Positions 37,001-54,900 of a DNA stretch of 64,000 nt are shown piece after piece. Positions within the stretch are counted from its first letter, which is position 1. Every line of letters begins with the position of its first letter. The notes beneath the pieces are model-generated. The model did no database searches. It saw nothing but the letters and a program-made list of their open reading frames with translations, and was not told the DNA's origin. The position numbers and the translations under genes were made by a program. This DNA is from Coniocarpon cinnabarinum (Eukaryota): NCBI GenBank assembly GCA_051942205.1, contig JAVECO010000007.1, positions 1 to 64,000 on the forward strand. The letters are read 5' to 3'.

Positions 37001-39272
37001 TTCCTCTGCGACTCTGGCTTCCGCTGCTCGATTGGCCTCTTCCTGCGCTCTTGCTGCACTTTCTCTCGCTTCACGCTCTTTCTGATCAGCGGATATACTA
37101 TCTTGATGCCCCCGCTGATTCGCCTCAGTGGCCACAGACTGCAAGAATGGCGCCGTTTGTTGGGAATTCATGCCAAACAGCTGTTGACGTTGGAATTCGT
37201 CCTTGAAAGGAGCGTCTCCTGTGCCTAGTTTAGGGGTGAAGAGCGATGATTGCGACGGGTTTAATGGTGCTGAGGCTGGCGTAAACATCGACACGCTTCC
37301 ACTTGATTTGCCTTGGAAAAGTGAGCCACCTGTGATAGAGGTGCCGAATGAATTTTGTGATGGCCCTTGGCTGTTTAAAGCCGTTGCGAATGGATTCGGC
37401 GGCTTCTTAGCAGACGGGACATTCTCTGGCACAAACAACGAGTCCTCGTCGCCATCACCTTCTTTGCCTTGAACTTCTTCGTCTTCGTCACCTTCCTCTG
37501 CACCTTCATCCTCATCATAATCAATGAATCCCTTTTCTTGTGCTTCTTCTGCATCCATGTTCTTCGCGATGGCTGGTATTCTGAATCCTCTGCGCTTGTT
37601 CTCGACTAAGCTCGTGCAAGTCTGGCCTCCATGTGGTTCGGTCAAGTTGCCAAATGTCGAGCTAAAGTTAACTCGCTGGGAGCCATCATCCCCTCGCTTT
37701 AGCTGGAAGCCGAATTTCATCAAATAGCTCGTCACCTCCGTCAGGTCGTCCATGCCGAGCACCTCCTGCAGCTCTTCCGGCGTCCAGTCTGACCCGTCTT
37801 GCTTCAGTTTGGTTTTGTAGACTTTCCATACGGCTCTGAGGGCGTTCCGGCGCACGAGAGGAAAGTAAATTTCAGCCACACATGCCATTAAATATGATGT
37901 CTCCGGCGATCTCATTGCGTCCCAAAACGACATCCAGTGCGACTGCGCGATTCGATGAGGCTTCCCGGGTCTGAGCGGTCCTTGTGATTCTGAAGAATTG
38001 CATGCGGCGCGATAAATGCGAAGAGCGTGTTGGACCTGGGGATCATTCACAATGTGCGCGTTCCAACACTGGATTCGATCTTCTAGGTTCGGACTGGGCT
38101 GCTGAATCTGAAAGATAATCTGGTAAGCACGAAACTCGGCTTCGTTTCTGGACTGAAATTTGTCCCTGTGATCTTCGTAAAGTTGCAACAGAGATAAGAT
38201 CGTCTTGTCTAATTGCTCTCGCTCTTGTTGTGGATCGTATTCGTCATATGGTTTTTCAGGTTGCGCAAGCAGATGCAAAGACACAATATGGAACCGTGCT
38301 ATGATTTCGAAACAAGTGATAGCGTGGCGCACATCGCTCGATTTTGAGACTTGTTGGATTGAAAAGTCATTTCGGATGGCGCGCGTGCGATCCCAGACAA
38401 AGTGATGGACGTCTCCAAGGGAATCTGCCCGTCCGGCAACGAAGTCCAGCAAGTAGTCAAGCGTTGCAGTCAAAGCATACGGCGGCCTCAGATCTGACGG
38501 AAGCTGCTCTTCTTGTCCTGCTGCTGATCTTGCGAACCTCTTAACCATGCGACTTTCGTCCGCTTTGCGGTTTGCGCGCAAACCCTCATCTTCAAATCTC
38601 TCGTCACGTTCCTCGTACCATACATCCTTTTCGACAATTCTCTTGACACGCTCATACTCTGGGCACATGTCTTCGCAAGTGCCAACAAGAGTGATTGCCT
38701 CGGAAAGTTTCATCTGTTTGTTGGGATCGGGCACGGTTCCGCTCTGAATGCCTTCTGTCCTTTCGACATCTCGGCTTCGCTTCAGCTAGTTGAAAGTCAC
38801 AGGTTAGCTCATTAATCGTTGCGAGAGACCGCTGAGCTGCAAAGCCAGAGCGACTCACCGCTTCGAAACGCGCGGTTTCACCCCCAGCAACAGCATCTCT
38901 CTTCGGAGCCTGGAACGACGGGGATATGTGGCTAGCAATCTGGTTTGTCATCGAATCCGAGATAGTTGGTCTTCCGGTCCTGTTCGCTGCGGGAACACCA
39001 AATCGAGATGCCGTTGTTGTCTTTGTCTGCTGCTCTGGATGCTGCTGCGTCCTTGCGCGTCCAGCATTGCTCCCACCACGAATTCTGTCTCGGTCAGCAG
39101 ACGGAAGACCATTCTTGATCTGGCCTGGCTGTGCCGGCAAGCTGCGCTGGGTTTTGTTGTCGAAGTGAACGCGGCGAGAGTGACTGGCAACGGGTCGAGC
39201 ATCGTTGGAAGTGCCATCCTTTCGTAATGCGCTACGTTGTTTGTTGGGCCCACGTTTTGGGACGGGTGGCAT
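34076..39272 (-). CDS. SAC3: SAC3/GANP-family mRNA export factor (TREX-2)
   Basis: LVGTCEDMCPEYER, MVKRFARSAAG, SDLRPP, FVWDRTRAIRNDFSIQ and NEAEFRAY. Intron 38786-38858. The start codon is less certain. Confidence 0.93.
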
Positions 39273-39872
39273 TACGGATTATGAAATGAGACTGTGATCG
39301 CATGTCGTCAGCAGTAACTCACAGCGCCAGTGCGCAGGGAGGGGTGGATGTTGTCGTCAACATGGAATATTGGCGACAATGAATTGACTACAGACAGCCG
39401 AAATGGTTAGCCCATCTGCAGCGCGCTAAGCACGGCTTGAGTCCTAATTCCGACACCCTGCCGATGCGAATCTGATACCGGCACGTGAGTTGTGCACTAG
39501 GTTTAGGACGACGAATTCACTGAAAAGCTGGACAATGTGCTGCCAACCGTCATTTTCGACAGATGGCACACCAAAAGGTTCATGAAAGTATTTCACACAG
39601 CCGTAGGTCCTAAGATCCGCCGAAATGCGCGTCGACGTCGCCGGAGACCCTTGAATAACCTGAAAACCCCTTCGGCTCGTCCTTTACATTAAAAAACTTG
39701 CGGCGGGGTATATCCTGAACAGTGGGAGGAGATATCATCCTCTAAAAAACAACAACATTTTCCAAATTATCAACTGGCGTTGACCATGCCGAATCGCTTT
39801 TGTCGTTGCTTCGTAGCCAAAAAAACAAGCTCTGAGGCTGCCGTCACTGCTTGGCGATGAACACCGGGGGCG

Positions 39873-42121
39873 CTACTGAGGATTCTGCTCGTGGCCTGTT
39901 TTGTTACAGTCGCACTGGGCGCCGTCGAGGATCGGAGCGAAACTCGCTGGGTGCTCGATGACATGGGAGCTGCAGGTACAGTATGGCATCCATTGTGCCA
40001 CGTGATTTGTGTCAGTCCACAGCCAATCGTCATCGCCGAGGCGCACGGCCCATTTCCAATTCTTGTAGGCATGCAGATATGGGTATTGCTCCAGCATGAT
40101 GCACTGACACTGGCCGGGTTGCCCATGACTGAGCTCAAAAGGTACGCCAGGTATCGGTTGTTGGATATCCTGGAGCATGGCTGAAGGAATCGCATGATCC
40201 TGGGACGCAGAGGCCCATTCAGCATTCCGAATGGGCAGCGGACGACGCTCAAAGTTCGGATCAAGAAATGGGTCGTTTTGTTGAGGAAGAGGAGTAACGA
40301 GACCCCTTCCTTCGGTGATTTCGCCCTCGGGATTGTAGCTGTCCTCATCTGATTGTAGCATTGTGTCTGGTTGCCTTGGGGCAAAGGAATCGGTGGCCAC
40401 TGACATCATGCTCACAGCATCTGTCACTTCATTGCAGCCCTCAGACCTGTGATTCTGAGCCTCACCCTCGACACCAACTTCAGTGGCTTCACTGTCATGT
40501 TTGTGGTCCTGACTTGGGGCTTTCCCTGCCTTGTGTGGTATTATGAACACTTTGCGATCTGCGTCAGTGTCTTCCGCCTGATTTGAATGAAGCTCGGTTG
40601 AACAGGACTCTGGTTCCTCTTGGATGGAATCCAGTTTTGTGGACTGTAACACCTGCTTTGCGGATCGTGTCGAGCGTCGCTTAGTGTTCCGTGGGCGTCC
40701 TTTCGAGGATGACGCACTGGTTGTGCCACGACTCCTCTTGGAAGACAAGCTTGATGACGATTTCGGGGCACGAGTAGACGTACGTGCACGTGAACCGTTG
40801 GAACGTTTGCGCTTTAGACGACAACATTTGCCTTGGCCGTATGGTAGCGCGCGCACTTCAGGTGGAAACGGGAGCAGCTCTCGTGTCATTGTCGGGTCTA
40901 AGAACTGTTAGAGTCTGATACTATTTCCAAAGTTGGGTCTTAGGTGCAGCAACGTTCTTACCAATCATACCTCGAGCCAACCGTTCAACATCTTCAGCGA
41001 TGATCAAGGCTTGTTCAACAACAGTCGCCCGGCCTGCCACTTCAGCTTCGGTAGTATTACCCTTTGATTTTCCTTTGAGTGGGGCGATCACGTCGGTAGC
41101 TCCGTCATTCTTTTTTCTACGGTAGCTGGTGAGCAACAGGTCTCGATCGCTGCCTGCGAGCTCACCAAGAACGTGTCTCAGCGTCTCACACCAAGGAGTT
41201 TGTTTGCTTTCTACAACATGAGATGGAACGACGTTGGGATCTCGAATGAGCTTGTCTACATCATCTAGAGCATAATACGGCAACAAAAATATGAACGCAA
41301 TGATCGATGCGGTGTCTGTGGGAAAAGATTAGTGGCCAAAGTCTTCGATCGCGACCCAGAATCACGTGCCTTGTGCTCTGTGTCTTTGAGGCCCTTGAGC
41401 CCAAGTGATATTGTCAGGGTTTTTGTAAAACCAGGCAGGGCCTCCAACATGATTTGGCTTGTTCCCGTTCTGGTATCGGTGATTGGAACGCCGGTTGGGG
41501 ATCAAATGTTCGTAGAGTCTGGTGAGCACGTTGCCCTGAGGATCTGCCGTGAGGCATCCAACCATGCGCTTCGCTATAGGAAAGAGTTTTTTCATGTCGG
41601 TATAATGGATGGTTTGGGTTCCCCTAGCCGCTTGCGGGAACCGTGGATAACCGTGTACTGTGTCTGTTTGCTTGTCGAAGGCATCACTTGCTTCACCAAC
41701 GTCGGTGGAGCTGTTAGGTTCAGGGCATTCGACCAGATCCAGATCTGAAGATAGGAGCAACGGATACTGATGCAGTTCGTTGCTGCCTTGAAGATGTGCA
41801 GATGCAAGCTCGGGGCAGCAAGCTGAGAGATTATCATTAGTCCGGGTATCTGACAAGAGCTTTGCGCAGGTACGACTCGAAACAATGGCAAATCTTGGCA
41901 GAACGTATGAAGAAATACTCACGCTGCGAATAGAGCGCATCAGCGGGATCCACTAGGCTATGATAATGATACAGGCCCAAGGGGTTAAGAGCAGGATACT
42001 CGTTGTGACTTCGACTTCCTTCGGCGACGGTGGACTCGCACAAAGTAGTGTGATCATGTTCCTGCGCGGATGGCTCGCTCAAATTGTCGTAAAAAGTCGT
42101 CATTGGTTCTGGGCAACGCAT
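39873..42121 (-). CDS. Hypothetical 4-exon protein (roughly 670 aa), no family recognised
   Basis: Four ORFs join in frame through introns 41823-41922 (GT-AG), 41316-41369 (GC-AG) and 40898-40961/40970 (GT-AG), each with a branch point. ATG at 42121 or 42103. Confidence 0.68.
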
Positions 42122-44402
42122 GATTGCTGTGCTCGGGTCCTTTGTCTGGTCGATTTTGATAAAGAAAAATTTCTTCTTCAACTCCCCACACGAGCTTTCG
42201 GGAGCTGTTCTCCGTCATCGACGTTAAGGAGTTGTGATCGTAAAGGTGTGTCAAGAATGAAAATTAAGCTGGGGAAGAAAAGTGTTCTCGATTAGCAATT
42301 GAGTTCACTACGAAAGTCAGTGAATGAATTTTCAAATCGCACGTTGCAGGTTCGCGAAGAACATCATGGGATCTGCAAGACGCCTCGCAGCTCTGCAATT
42401 TCCAGCTGCGGCGTACCAGCTTCTTGTCACTAGACGTTCCCATTACAGTGAAAGATCAGATTGCACAGGGAGGGATTTGGGGTAGGTCGATGATTGGAGC
42501 CGCTCACATTGAGTAGAATAAGTGAATGGGTCAAGCTAGGCACGACGAAGGCAGGCCTGTAGTGAACAGTGGTGGTCGCTTAAGAGCCGCGGTGCCGTGG
42601 CTAGGGCACCTCAAGGTTGCATAATGCTTCAACTTTGCCGCTGATCTGGGTCAGGGTCATGTCTGACACTGGGCAGGCGGCTGCGCACTACGCACCACAC
42701 TAGCATGGCAGCGCGCTTACGCCAGTTCGCTGAACTGCACACTCTGTTGGGATCAGACTTACCACGTTCGTTGCTTTTTTAGCAATTGAGGGACAACAAT
42801 TGGACCCAGACGGTAGACAGAGAAAGCTCTGCGGATAGAGAAGCACGCTTGAACATGCGGCGAGAGCGAGACAGACGTGAAGACAAAAGCCAGCGCTTGA
42901 CAAGGACAGCTTCGCTAAGATGTTTGGCAGTGTGGGAAAACTGGCAGGACAGCCTAGTTCGTGCGTACGCGGGCCGTGTTAAGCTTGCATCGACCAGCAG
43001 CGTCAGCATACGATCCACATGTGTGCCGAGCGTCGATCACAAACGGTTGAGAGAAAAAGCAGGCGTGGTTGGGAGAAGGGCATAGCATAGCTTTTGAGCA
43101 CAATCTGTCCTCGCACGACGATAATGCTCGCCAGTGTAACGATACGAAAACTGGCCTTCGGGCTTCTTACTGCGGAGAAGCGGGCCACCTGGGACGAGAC
43201 CACGGTAACCTGGCCTGCCTAGAGCCAGACAGCGTGCCAATGTCGTCCCAGGGCGCTGGATTTCATGTTTGGACGTTTACACGCATGCGCATACCCGTCC
43301 GCATCTCTCCTGAGCGCGCGACCCCTCGCGTAACCCTCGCGAGCGCTCATGGCTTTCGTGCCCATGTCCAGGTGGCTGCACCAGGCTCCGGCTGGCCTTG
43401 CCTTACGTAAGGGTGCCTGCAGCAATTGTTGTCAGCGTGGGCTTCAGCAGGAGCTACAGTAGTGTGTCGAGCTGCCTGCAAGGGAGTCCGGCACGCCAGT
43501 GGAGCGAGGACGGACGGTCCGTCCTGATTACGGCAACTCGAATCAGAGGAAGCTGTGTCGATTGGCAGGGCCCCGGGGGACGAAGGCGGAAGATCGGCTG
43601 GTGGAAGAACTCAACAAGAGCTGTGCAGGCGCGTCTCGCATTCCTGGCCACTCATCGGAAGCTGGCGTGTAGTACAGAGCTAGGGTACATGTGTAGCGCT
43701 TGTGGTGATTTGCCGTGACAGGCTGTGCTGGCAAGAGTAGCGTCGGCCTTCGACTCTCGAAGTCGTCTTCTGGCATTTCAAGTGAGATGGAAGGCGGAAT
43801 CGAGCGAGGTACGAGAGATGAGCACAGGTTGGGAAGAGCATGAAAACGGATAAATTGCCAGTGAAGGCTGCTGCGTAATAAATGGAGCTTGCTAAGCCCG
43901 AACACAGACCAACGAGTTTGCGTGCAGGCATCGCACCGCACGATCCAATGATGTCCATGCATCCCCAATGCAATGCGAGGAGCATCGAGATAATGCATGC
44001 TGACTGAGCCAATCTGCGGGGCGAGCCGCCATCATGCAGATGTGTTCTGCCGCATCGCTGATCACCATTACTATCCGTGTATCCCTAGCTCTCAAGACGC
44101 ATGTACTCCGTGCTTCTGCAATGACGGCGCACCTCTGCCGCGTGTGGGGCAAGCACGGCAAGCCATCCATAGCTGACCGGCTGGGTAAAGATCGTCAGCT
44201 TGCTCATCTTGCATTTCGTGCTTTGCTCACCTCGAGCTTGCATGTTGAGAACAGGATGTCAATTTAGGGACGGGCGGGCGCACCTTCGTCTCCATGGTAG
44301 TAACACCCTGTGCACTCGTTCATCAGTGCTCGCTGACGGGGTCGCTAGGGCCTTTTCACGCTTTCTCGTTGCCGCAGAACAGCCAGACGACGAATCGACA
44401 TG

Positions 44403-49574
<5,172 letters not shown>

Positions 49575-50034
49575 CAGACGTAGATCAAAGAGCGCCGCGG
49601 CCTGGAGTGCTCGGCTGAAAAGGAAAGTATCTGCGAGGCGTATGTATTGCGATAACGGACTTGCTCGAGTACGAGTATGTACATTCACAGCAGTGGCTTC
49701 GTAGTGACAGCAAAATCTCTACTTGCGCTCACGTGTAGATCGTGTGGGGGAGACACGCTGAAAAGAAGAGTGACGAGTGAAAAGATTTAATGGTTGCCGA
49801 AGCTCAGATTGTTTGTAAGCGACGTCAGCTGTCACTTGCTTTGGTGGCTACCTAATGCATGATCTCCTCTCTCGTACGATTGATTAGGTATATCCTGATT
49901 TGCCCACTTGGGTAACTCAAAAGTCCACTTACAAGGTACGCGCGCTACGTTGGAAAAGACAGCTGCACGACTGCCACGTTCACTCCTTCACCCCGGTCCT
50001 TGTCATTGCTTTAGACCACGCCAGAGATCAACAG

Positions 50035-50943
50035 ATGCCCAGTGCGCCCGACAAGCATGCAGATCTGGAGATAGAAGTGCTCGAAGCAAGACTGAAAGCT
50101 TTGAAGGTCAGCCGAGACACCACCCGCGGCTCCCAGCAAACAGACACAAATGAGTCGCCTGCTGCTGCGCACGCTGCGCTACATTCGCTACTACTCCTTG
50201 CAGATTCCGCGCTGCCTTTAGGATCCTTTGCGTTTTCAGCCGGACTCGAGTCCTATCTGGCCCATGTCCAGCGATCTAAGACCTTCCATGATTTCAACCA
50301 TTTCAAGCACTTTGTGAACCTCTCTCTTGATTCTATAGCGGCCATGACCCTCCCGTATGTGTATCAGACTTGGGTAACCCCGCAAAGCCTTCGGGCGCTT
50401 GATAGTGAACTAGAAGCAAGCACCACTTGTGTTGTCGCTCGACGGGCCAGCGTTGCTCAAGGTCGCGCGCTCTTGACTATGTGGCGACGAAGTCTGAAGA
50501 GTTCAGCTGCGAGTGGTTCGTCATCTTCTATTGAAGCTACAGCTGCTCTGGATGTGATGTCGGATTCACTGTCCAGAGAAGACTCCTGTACTTCGGCTTT
50601 GCGGAGACATGTTGGGTGGATTGAATCGCCTAACGCGCATTTTCCGCCTCTGTTCGGCGCCCTTGCAGCTGCAATGGGTGTACCCCTGCAGCAAGCTTTG
50701 TACCTCTATCTCTTGAATCATGCGAAGATGATCTCAAGCGCTGGGATCAGAGCAAGCGTACTTGGACCTTACCAGTCTCAAAAATACCTGGCAAGTCAGA
50801 TACTCCAAACACAGATAGATGCTATTGTTACTCGTCAACTGTGTCGGAAAACCATACCTCAAGATGCAGTGCAAAGCGTGCCAGCGTTGGACATTTGGTC
50901 GGGTCGGCATGAGCTCGTCTATTCTCGTATATTCAATAGCTGA
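50035..50943 (+). CDS. ureF: Urease accessory protein UreF
   Basis: LLADSALPLGSFAFSAGLE, RRASVAQGRALL and terminal GRHELVYSRIFNS. Confidence 0.93.
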   Translation: MPSAPDKHADLEIEVLEARLKALKVSRDTTRGSQQTDTNESPAAAHAALHSLLLLADSALPLGSFAFSAGLESYLAHVQRSKTFHDFNHFKHFVNLSLDSIAAMTLPYVYQTWVTPQSLRALDSELEASTTCVVARRASVAQGRALLTMWRRSLKSSAASGSSSSIEATAALDVMSDSLSREDSCTSALRRHVGWIESPNAHFPPLFGALAAAMGVPLQQALYLYLLNHAKMISSAGIRASVLGPYQSQKYLASQILQTQIDAIVTRQLCRKTIPQDAVQSVPALDIWSGRHELVYSRIFNS

Positions 50944-50962
50944 TCCCGGCCGCACCAATTGA

Positions 50963-51670
50963 TCAGCAAATAATACCATCTGGGTTTCTGGTTAGCCCAT
51001 TTCTTCCGAACGCATCGACCTGCCGATGACAGCACTTGCCATTTTCCAGCTTGTACTCTTCAACTTCATCCTCATTTCTGTATTTACGCCGCTTCTCGGC
51101 GCGTTTCCGTCGTTTTTCCTCCCTCTCCTGCTCCTCGCGCTCTCTTCGTACCCCTAGTCGTGTGTCCAAATCATTCACACTGGCTTCTTGCTCCTCTTCC
51201 TCCTTCTTGCGCTTCAGCCACGCGAGTCGCTCTCTGACGTCTTCTAGTGTGGCACGCTTTACTTCGCCACTTTGGCCGACGTTGATTAGATGCTGCCTGC
51301 TGTTGTAATGCTCTACCAATTGCAAATTATCCTTGAAAGTGAGGTCACAGTCGATACAATAGAATCCAGCGCCTTTTCCTCGTTTGCCTACAGCACTCCC
51401 GGCTGGAACAAGAGTCTGTTTGCCGACTTGTGATGCGACATCTAAACGACTTTGCCTTGACTCTGTCTCTCGGGCATCGGGTGGCGTTGATGCCCGCTTG
51501 TGGTACTTCTTGCCCTCAAGCGCGGCTTCGTAGCGAGCCCTGCCTTCGTCTTTGAGTTTGCGCTCACGCTCTGCAGCTTTCTTTGCGTATTTCTCACGGT
51601 CCCAAGTCTTTCTGAAAGATGTGTCAGAACCTGTGTTAGCGCCATACATGCCAGACTTTTTATCAGACAT
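50963..51670 (-). CDS. SNU23: U1-type/matrin zinc-finger spliceosomal protein (Snu23/ZMAT2)
   Basis: FRKTWDREKY and GFYCIDCDLTFKDNLQLVEHYNSRQH followed by a coiled coil. Probable GC-AG intron 50980-51039. Confidence 0.88.
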   Translation of the reverse strand: MSDKKSGMYGANTGSDTSFRKTWDREKYAKKAAERERKLKDEGRARYEAALEGKKYHKRASTPPDARETESRQSRLDVASQVGKQTLVPAGSAVGKRGKGAGFYCIDCDLTFKDNLQLVEHYNSRQHLINVGQSGEVKRATLEDVRERLAWLKRKKEEEEQEASVNDLDTRLGVRREREEQEREEKRRKRAEKRRKYRNEDEVEEYKLENGKCCHRQVDAFGRNGLTRNPDGIIC

Positions 51671-51730
51671 GTTCGGTGTGACTACTTGAGTTTGAGTAAT
51701 GCTAAAAGTAGGTGGGCGAGCTTGACGATA

Positions 51731-51740
51731 GCCACGTGAC
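51731..51740. promoter_or_regulatory. Cbf1-type E-box (GTCACGTG) in the 236-bp SNU23/TOP2 bidirectional promoter
   Basis: gccacgtgac lies between divergent ATGs at 51670 and 51907. Confidence 0.45.
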
Positions 51741-51906
51741 TTGGCATTCCCATTCAGGCAAGCGCAAGCGAAGCAACCAACTAACTAGCGCGGCAGTCTG
51801 TTTACTAACACGTCTTCAGCTCGTCTTCTACCGGCTCAAAGACCGTCGACTGCTCAGTCTCCGCCGTCACGAGTTCTGCAGCTCCTGCAGACACAGCGCG
51901 CCAACA

Positions 51907-54900
51907 ATGGACGAGTCTCTTTTAGAATCCGACTTTAGCGTGCCTGGAGACAGCTCTGATGCTTTTTCGCCTGAACCGAAGGTATCGTACTCGGAATCTT
52001 CGCTGAGACTTACTTTTCTAATGACAAGTAGCCAAAGGCAAAGGGTGCGCTGAAGAAGCCTGTAGCCAAGAGATCTGCGCCGAAAGCTGCGCCCAAGGCT
52101 GCACCAAAGCCGAAGGCAGCTCCAAAGAAGACAGTTCAAACCACTCTTAAGACCAAGACGGTACCGAAGAAACGCGCCACTGCTCCTGCAGACGACGAAA
52201 ACTCCGATCATGCCTCCATCGATGATGACGATTCGCTGCTCTCCAATACTCCGCCGAGTGCAAAGAGACAGAAGAAGGCGCCTGCTCCCAAGAAATCATT
52301 GGGCAAACCTCTGCGAGAGATAGATAACGAAAGCTTTGGTTTTGATGGAATGGACAGTCTGGGGCCTCCTGACAAGCCCAAAAAGGAAAATTATCAGAAG
52401 GTTAGCTCGCCCTGGACTGCAATCTGGCAGGTGCGCACATACTGACTCGAACAAGTTGACTCAACTCGAACACATCCTGAAACGCCCGGATACGTACATC
52501 GGTTCGGTAGAACCAACTCAGCACCCCATGTGGGTGTACAACTCTGAAACTGAAATGATGGAGCATCGTGACGTGACATACGTCCCTGGACTATATAAAA
52601 TCTTCGATGAGGTGCTTGTTAATGCGGCGGACAACAAGCAGCGAGACAAGACCATGAAAGAGATCAGAGTAACAGTCGATCGAGAGAAGGGCGAAATCAG
52701 CGTCAAAAACGATGGTCAAGGAATACCCATCGAGATCCATGAACGAGAAGGAATACACATTCCAGAGATGATATTTGGGCACCTTCTCACTTCCTCAAAC
52801 TACGACGATGACCAGGCAAAAGTCACGGGCGGTCGTAACGGTTACGGCGCTAAGCTCTGCAATGTCTATTCGACCGAGTTCTCCGTAGAAACCGTGGACT
52901 CAAAGCAGGGCTTGAAGTACAAACAAACTTGGACTGAGAATATGAGCAAAATGGGAAAAGCGAAGATCGCTGACAACTCTGGCAAAGACTACACACTAGT
53001 CACTTTTAGGCCCGACTTTAGCAAATTCGGCATGCGAGAAATGGACACTGACTTTGAGGCGCTGGTCAAAAAGCGTGTCTATGACATGGCGGGTACCTGT
53101 AAGGGAGTCAGAGTATACCTTAATGGCGAAAAACTCAAGATCTCCAATTTCAAACATTACATGGAAATGTACACCAAGGCCATCTCAGCTGAGAATGCGC
53201 CTTCAGAGGATGCACCCTCCAGAGATACCCAAGTCATCTTGACTGACAATCCCCATGAGCGCTGGGAAATTGGGTTCGCTGTGTCAGACGGCTCCTTTCA
53301 GCAGGTATCCTTTGTCAACTCGATTGCGACGACATCCGGAGGAAGTCATGTCAACTACATAGCGGATCAGGTCATCGATAAACTCATGGCAATCGTCAAG
53401 AAGAAGAACAAGGGAGGGGTGACTCTGAAACCTGCTCAAATCAAGAACCATATCTTCCTGTTTGTGAATTGTCTCATTGTCAACCCAGCATTTACTTCGC
53501 AGACGAAAGAACAGCTTACGACCAAAACCAGCCAATTCGGTAGCAAATGCACAGTGAGCGAGAAATTCTTGAAAGACATCGCCAAAACAGAAGCAGTTGA
53601 CAATATCCTACACTTTGCTCAGCGGAAAGCTGATCAAGTGTTGAAAAAGTCCGATGGCAACCGTCGTACCCGAATGAACCACGCAAAGCTCACGGACGCC
53701 AACAAGGCTGGCACCAAGGACGGATATCAATGCACGCTTATTCTGACCGAAGGTGACTCAGCCAGTCTGATCGCACTTGCTGGCAGGGCAGTCGTCGATC
53801 CAGATCGCATAGGCGTCTTTCCACTGCGAGGCAAGTTGCTCAATGTGCGGGACGCCTCCATTGACCAGATCTCTAAGAATCAGGAAATCCAAAACATCAA
53901 GAAATTCATGGGCTTGCAACACAAGAAGCATTATGAAGATACACGAAGCCTTCGATATGGGCACCTCATGATAATGACTGACCAAGATCACGATGGAAGT
54001 CACATCAAAGGGCTGCTCATCAATTTTTTGGAATGCTCACATCCGAGTTTGCTCAAAATTCCCGGCTTTTTGCAGGTTTTCATCACCCCTATCGTCAAGG
54101 TGTGGAAGGGCGATCCGGCGCATCCGAGGGCTCTGCAGTCGTTCTTCACTATGCCGGAATATGAGCAGTGGAAGCAGCTGCCAGGCAATACGCGCGGTTG
54201 GGATCACAAATATTTCAAGGGGTTAGGAACAAGCTCTCCAGGAGATGGGGAGGTTTACTTTCGCGACCTTGACCGCCATTTGAAGGAGTTTCGCACGATG
54301 CACGATGAAGAGGCGCCTTTGATTGACCTGGCGTTCTCAAAGAAGAAAGCTGACGCCCGCAAAGAGTGGCTCCGACAATACGTACCAGGCACATTTCTTG
54401 ACATGAGAGTCCCAGAAATCACTTACGACGACTTTGTCAATAAGGAGCTCATCTTGTTCAGTATTGCTGATAACCAGCGATCCATTCCGTCTGTTGTGGA
54501 CGGATTCAAGCCTGGCCAGCGGAAAGTCCTGTACACCTGTTTCCGTCGCAATCTGCAGAAGGATGTGAAAGTAGTCGAGCTTGCAGGGTCAGTCTCTGGA
54601 CTGACTGCCTATGCCTATGGCGATACTTCTCTTCAACAGACCATCGTCGGCCTTGCACAGACCTTTGTCGGGTCCAACAACATCAACTGTTTGATGCCAA
54701 GTGGCAGCTTCGGCTCGCGCCTTCAAGGTGGCTCAGACTGTGCCAGTGCGCGTTACATCTACACACGCCTCTCCCCTTTTGCCCGCAAGCTTTTCAAAGC
54801 CGCCGATGAACCTTTGCTCACTTACAATCAGGACGATGGGAACGACATTGAACCTGAAATGTATGTCCCAGTTGTGCCGATGATCTTGATAAATGGAGCC

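Noticed and set aside
39278..39363. Upstream SAC3 exon via a roughly 31-nt GT-AG intron
   Set aside because: The intron is implausibly short and the spliced frame stops before the SAC3 ATG.
43323..43341. CCCTCGCGTAACCCTCGCG as a telomerase RNA template (11-nt unit)
   Set aside because: Only 7 nt match a TTAGGG template, I saw no pseudoknot or CR4/5 elements, and splice signals point to minus-strand leader use. It would be revived only if the telomeres read TTACGCGAGGG.
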